Assembly: GCA_035528375.1 (NCBI GenBank)
Contig: DATKYS010000137.1
Span: 10,024-74,023 of the forward strand
Length of the DNA stretch: 64,000 bases
DNA from: a bacterium
Lineage (GTDB): Bacteria; RBG-13-66-14
Reading direction: 5' to 3'
The notes beneath the pieces were generated by a model, which worked only from the letters and a program-made list of their open reading frames with translations, had not been told where the DNA came from and did no database searches. Positions 62,219 to 64,000 of this stretch are shown one piece after another (positions within the stretch are counted from its first letter, which is position 1; each line of letters begins with the position of its first letter). Made by a program: the position numbers and the translations under genes.

Positions 62219-63439
62219 TCAGTCTTCGTCGGATTCCTCGGTCTTCGGCCTGGGAGCCAGGAGGACGCTTTTTATCCGCCGCGGAGTCGCCTCGATCACC
62301 TCCAGCCGGTACACGCCGTTCTCCACGACCTCGCCCGGCTTGGGGATGTGACCCAACTCGGCGATGATGAAGCCGCCCAGGCTCTCGTAATCCTCGTCGG
62401 GGAGTTGACAGCCCACCGTCTCGTTGACCTCCTCGATGTCGCACCGGGCGTCCACCAGGAAGGTGCCGTCTCCGAGCTTGTGGATGAGCTCCTCGTCGTC
62501 GTCGAACTCGTCCTCTATCTCCCCCACGATTTCCTCGAGGATGTCCTCGATGGTCACGATGCCGGCGGTCCCTCCGTACTCGTCCACCACGACGGCTATC
62601 TGATTCTTCGTGGCCTGGAACTCGGCGAGGAGCCGGCCGATGAGCTTGGTTTCCGGGACGAAGATTGGCTCGTGGAGGAGCTCCACGGGGAGGGGCTCCT
62701 CGGCTTTTGTCGTGTCGAGGGTCAGGAGCTCCTTGACGAAGAGGATGCCCCGGATGTCGTCTATGGTTTCGGAGTAGACCGGGACGCGGGAATGCCCGCG
62801 TTGGGTGACCGCCTCGAGGACCTCGCGCCGCGGCGCCTCGAGGTCCAGGCAGAAGACGTCTATCCGGGGGACCATCACCTCCTTGACCGTTTTTTCCGGG
62901 AAGTCGGCGAGCTGGCGGGCCATCTCCCTCGCCTGCTCGACCACCTCGTCCCCCGCGGTCGCGGGTGAGGGGTGGGGCGTCACCCAGCCGAAGGGGTCTT
63001 CCCGGTCCGGCCTCCGACCGGACAGGCGGACGAAGGGCCACGAGATGAGGTAGATGACGAACCACACCGGCGCGACCGCCAGGGCCGGCGGCCAGAGCAG
63101 GCCGCGCAGGACCCGGTTCGGTTTCGCCCCCCGCCCCAGGGCCCGGGGGAGGAGAATGACGACGACCGAGACGAGGACGGCCGCCGCGGGCCAGGCGACC
63201 CAGACGGCCCACGTCTCGGCCGTCAGACCGCTCAGAAAGGACTGACCGGTGATGACCGCGCCCACCCCGACCAGGGTCAAGAGGACCGGGAACAGGCGGA
63301 GCGTCCACGGGGATGAGCCGCGCTCTTCATCCTCCCGGTGCGGCCGGGGGCTCAGCTGGGAGAGGGAGTAGCTGACGAGGAAGCCGACCAGGAGAAAAAT
63401 CCCGCACAGGACGCCTTCCAGCCACACGACGCCGGTCAT
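62219..63439 (-). CDS. CNNM/TlyC-type hemolysin-family protein (DUF21 + CBS pair + CorC_HlyC)
   Basis: Four N-terminal TM helices, CBS region VKEVMVPRIDV, and a C-terminal GGFIIAELGHIPKPGEVV...RRIKSVLL. Confidence 0.85.
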   Translation of the reverse strand: MTGVVWLEGVLCGIFLLVGFLVSYSLSQLSPRPHREDEERGSSPWTLRLFPVLLTLVGVGAVITGQSFLSGLTAETWAVWVAWPAAAVLVSVVVILLPRALGRGAKPNRVLRGLLWPPALAVAPVWFVIYLISWPFVRLSGRRPDREDPFGWVTPHPSPATAGDEVVEQAREMARQLADFPEKTVKEVMVPRIDVFCLDLEAPRREVLEAVTQRGHSRVPVYSETIDDIRGILFVKELLTLDTTKAEEPLPVELLHEPIFVPETKLIGRLLAEFQATKNQIAVVVDEYGGTAGIVTIEDILEEIVGEIEDEFDDDEELIHKLGDGTFLVDARCDIEEVNETVGCQLPDEDYESLGGFIIAELGHIPKPGEVVENGVYRLEVIEATPRRIKSVLLAPRPKTEESDED

Positions 63440-63662
63440 CGGCCCCCCTCCTCGACCGGAGCGGACCGATCCGTCGGATGCGTGGTGGATGGGGGGGCGG
63501 GTTGGGCGGGGTCGTCGCTGGGCTCCCGCCCGTAGGTACTGGGAGGGTACTCCGCTTCCATCGCTGGGAAGCCTCCTCGAGGGGGCGTTTGGAGGGAAAC
63601 CTGGGGAAGTGAAAGCCGGCGTCCACTTCCCTCATCAACATAGCACAAGAGGCTGGACGGCG

Positions 63663-64000
63663 TCAATTCGCGAAACTTACGTCCGCCTCCCTTCGGGCGT
63701 CGAGCTCACGCCGGAGCGCGTTCAAGAGGGGGGCCAGCGTCTCGGAGGGCGCCCGTATTCCGTCCGCCAGCCGATGCGCCTCCCCAGAATCCCCCAGACC
63801 GAACTCGAACAGCGCCAGGAGGAAGTCCGACTCCGGCGTCGTTCCGTACCGGCGGGCCGCCCGCGCCGCCTCGATACCGACCTTGAGATACTCCTCGACG
63901 ACCCCGGCCCGCGGGTCCTCGGGCAGCCTCTCCCGGAAGGCGATGGCCCCGCCGGTGGGGTTGAACCAGGGGGGGAGGATTACGGGCAGATCGGCGGCCG
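63663..64000 (-). CDS. 3' end of a gene running off the window (helical, TPR-like?)
   Basis: The minus frame is open from 64000 to a TGA at 63663-63665. It translates to ...EEYLKVGIEAARAARRYGTTPESDFLLALFEFGLGDSGEAHRLADG...LRRELDARREADVSFAN*. Confidence 0.4.
   Translation of the reverse strand, partial: AADLPVILPPWFNPTGGAIAFRERLPEDPRAGVVEEYLKVGIEAARAARRYGTTPESDFLLALFEFGLGDSGEAHRLADGIRAPSETLAPLLNALRRELDARREADVSFAN

Noticed and set aside
63327-63641. 104-aa minus-strand ORF overlapping the CNNM start
   Set aside because: It is out of frame with the CNNM N-terminus, Pro/Arg-rich, and has no SD.

Overview
A 64-kb window from a high-G+C diderm bacterial chromosome. By eye about two thirds is G+C. 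It is probably a candidate-phylum or FCB-group genome: a peptidase carries a T9SS-type C-terminal domain, there is a DUF5683-like gene, and kdsA/kdsC/kdsD are present. I call about 50 protein genes and one tRNA-Val(GAC). Most genes are housekeeping. They cover nitrogen and carbon core metabolism (glnA, gdhA, ilvE, ppdK, serA plus a class V aminotransferase, an NtrC-type regulator). They also cover the envelope (AsmA-like, PBP1A, two M23 peptidases, NlpC/P60, an O-antigen-ligase-like protein, lspA, htrA, KDO genes) and information processing (gyrB, ileS, rsmE, udg, maf). I saw no cas genes, integrases, transposases, phage genes, reverse transcriptases or recognisable defence or toxin-antitoxin modules, so most of the window is ordinary. 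Nine things are not explained by plain gene annotation. (1) Three unrelated exported proteins end in the same decapeptide, [ST][WF]GxIKAxxx-COOH, a candidate sorting tag and my best candidate for something undescribed. (2) A 3-repeat, 61-bp-period CRISPR-like mini-array forms the suhB leader. (3) Six intergenic regions are packed with GTAG-headed REP-like hairpins, a 43-bp near-identical element and CTCACCCC...GGGAGAGGG modules. (4) gdhA and the upstream small membrane-protein gene share a duplicated 5' leader and their first 7 codons. (5) A visibly lower-G+C islet holds an Lpp-like coiled-coil lipoprotein and a coiled-coil LysM protein, followed by three identical stacked terminators and tRNA-Val. 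(6) A DUF3800-like gene remnant splits the kds operon. (7) A low-G+C two-gene islet at 58.3-59.7 kb may contain a frameshift. (8) hypB sits without hydrogenase genes, beside a GNAT/thioredoxin-like fusion and a maltokinase-like kinase. (9) Textbook TTGACA-N17/18-TAnnAT promoters lie upstream of many genes. All family calls rest on motifs I recognise by eye; no searches were run.
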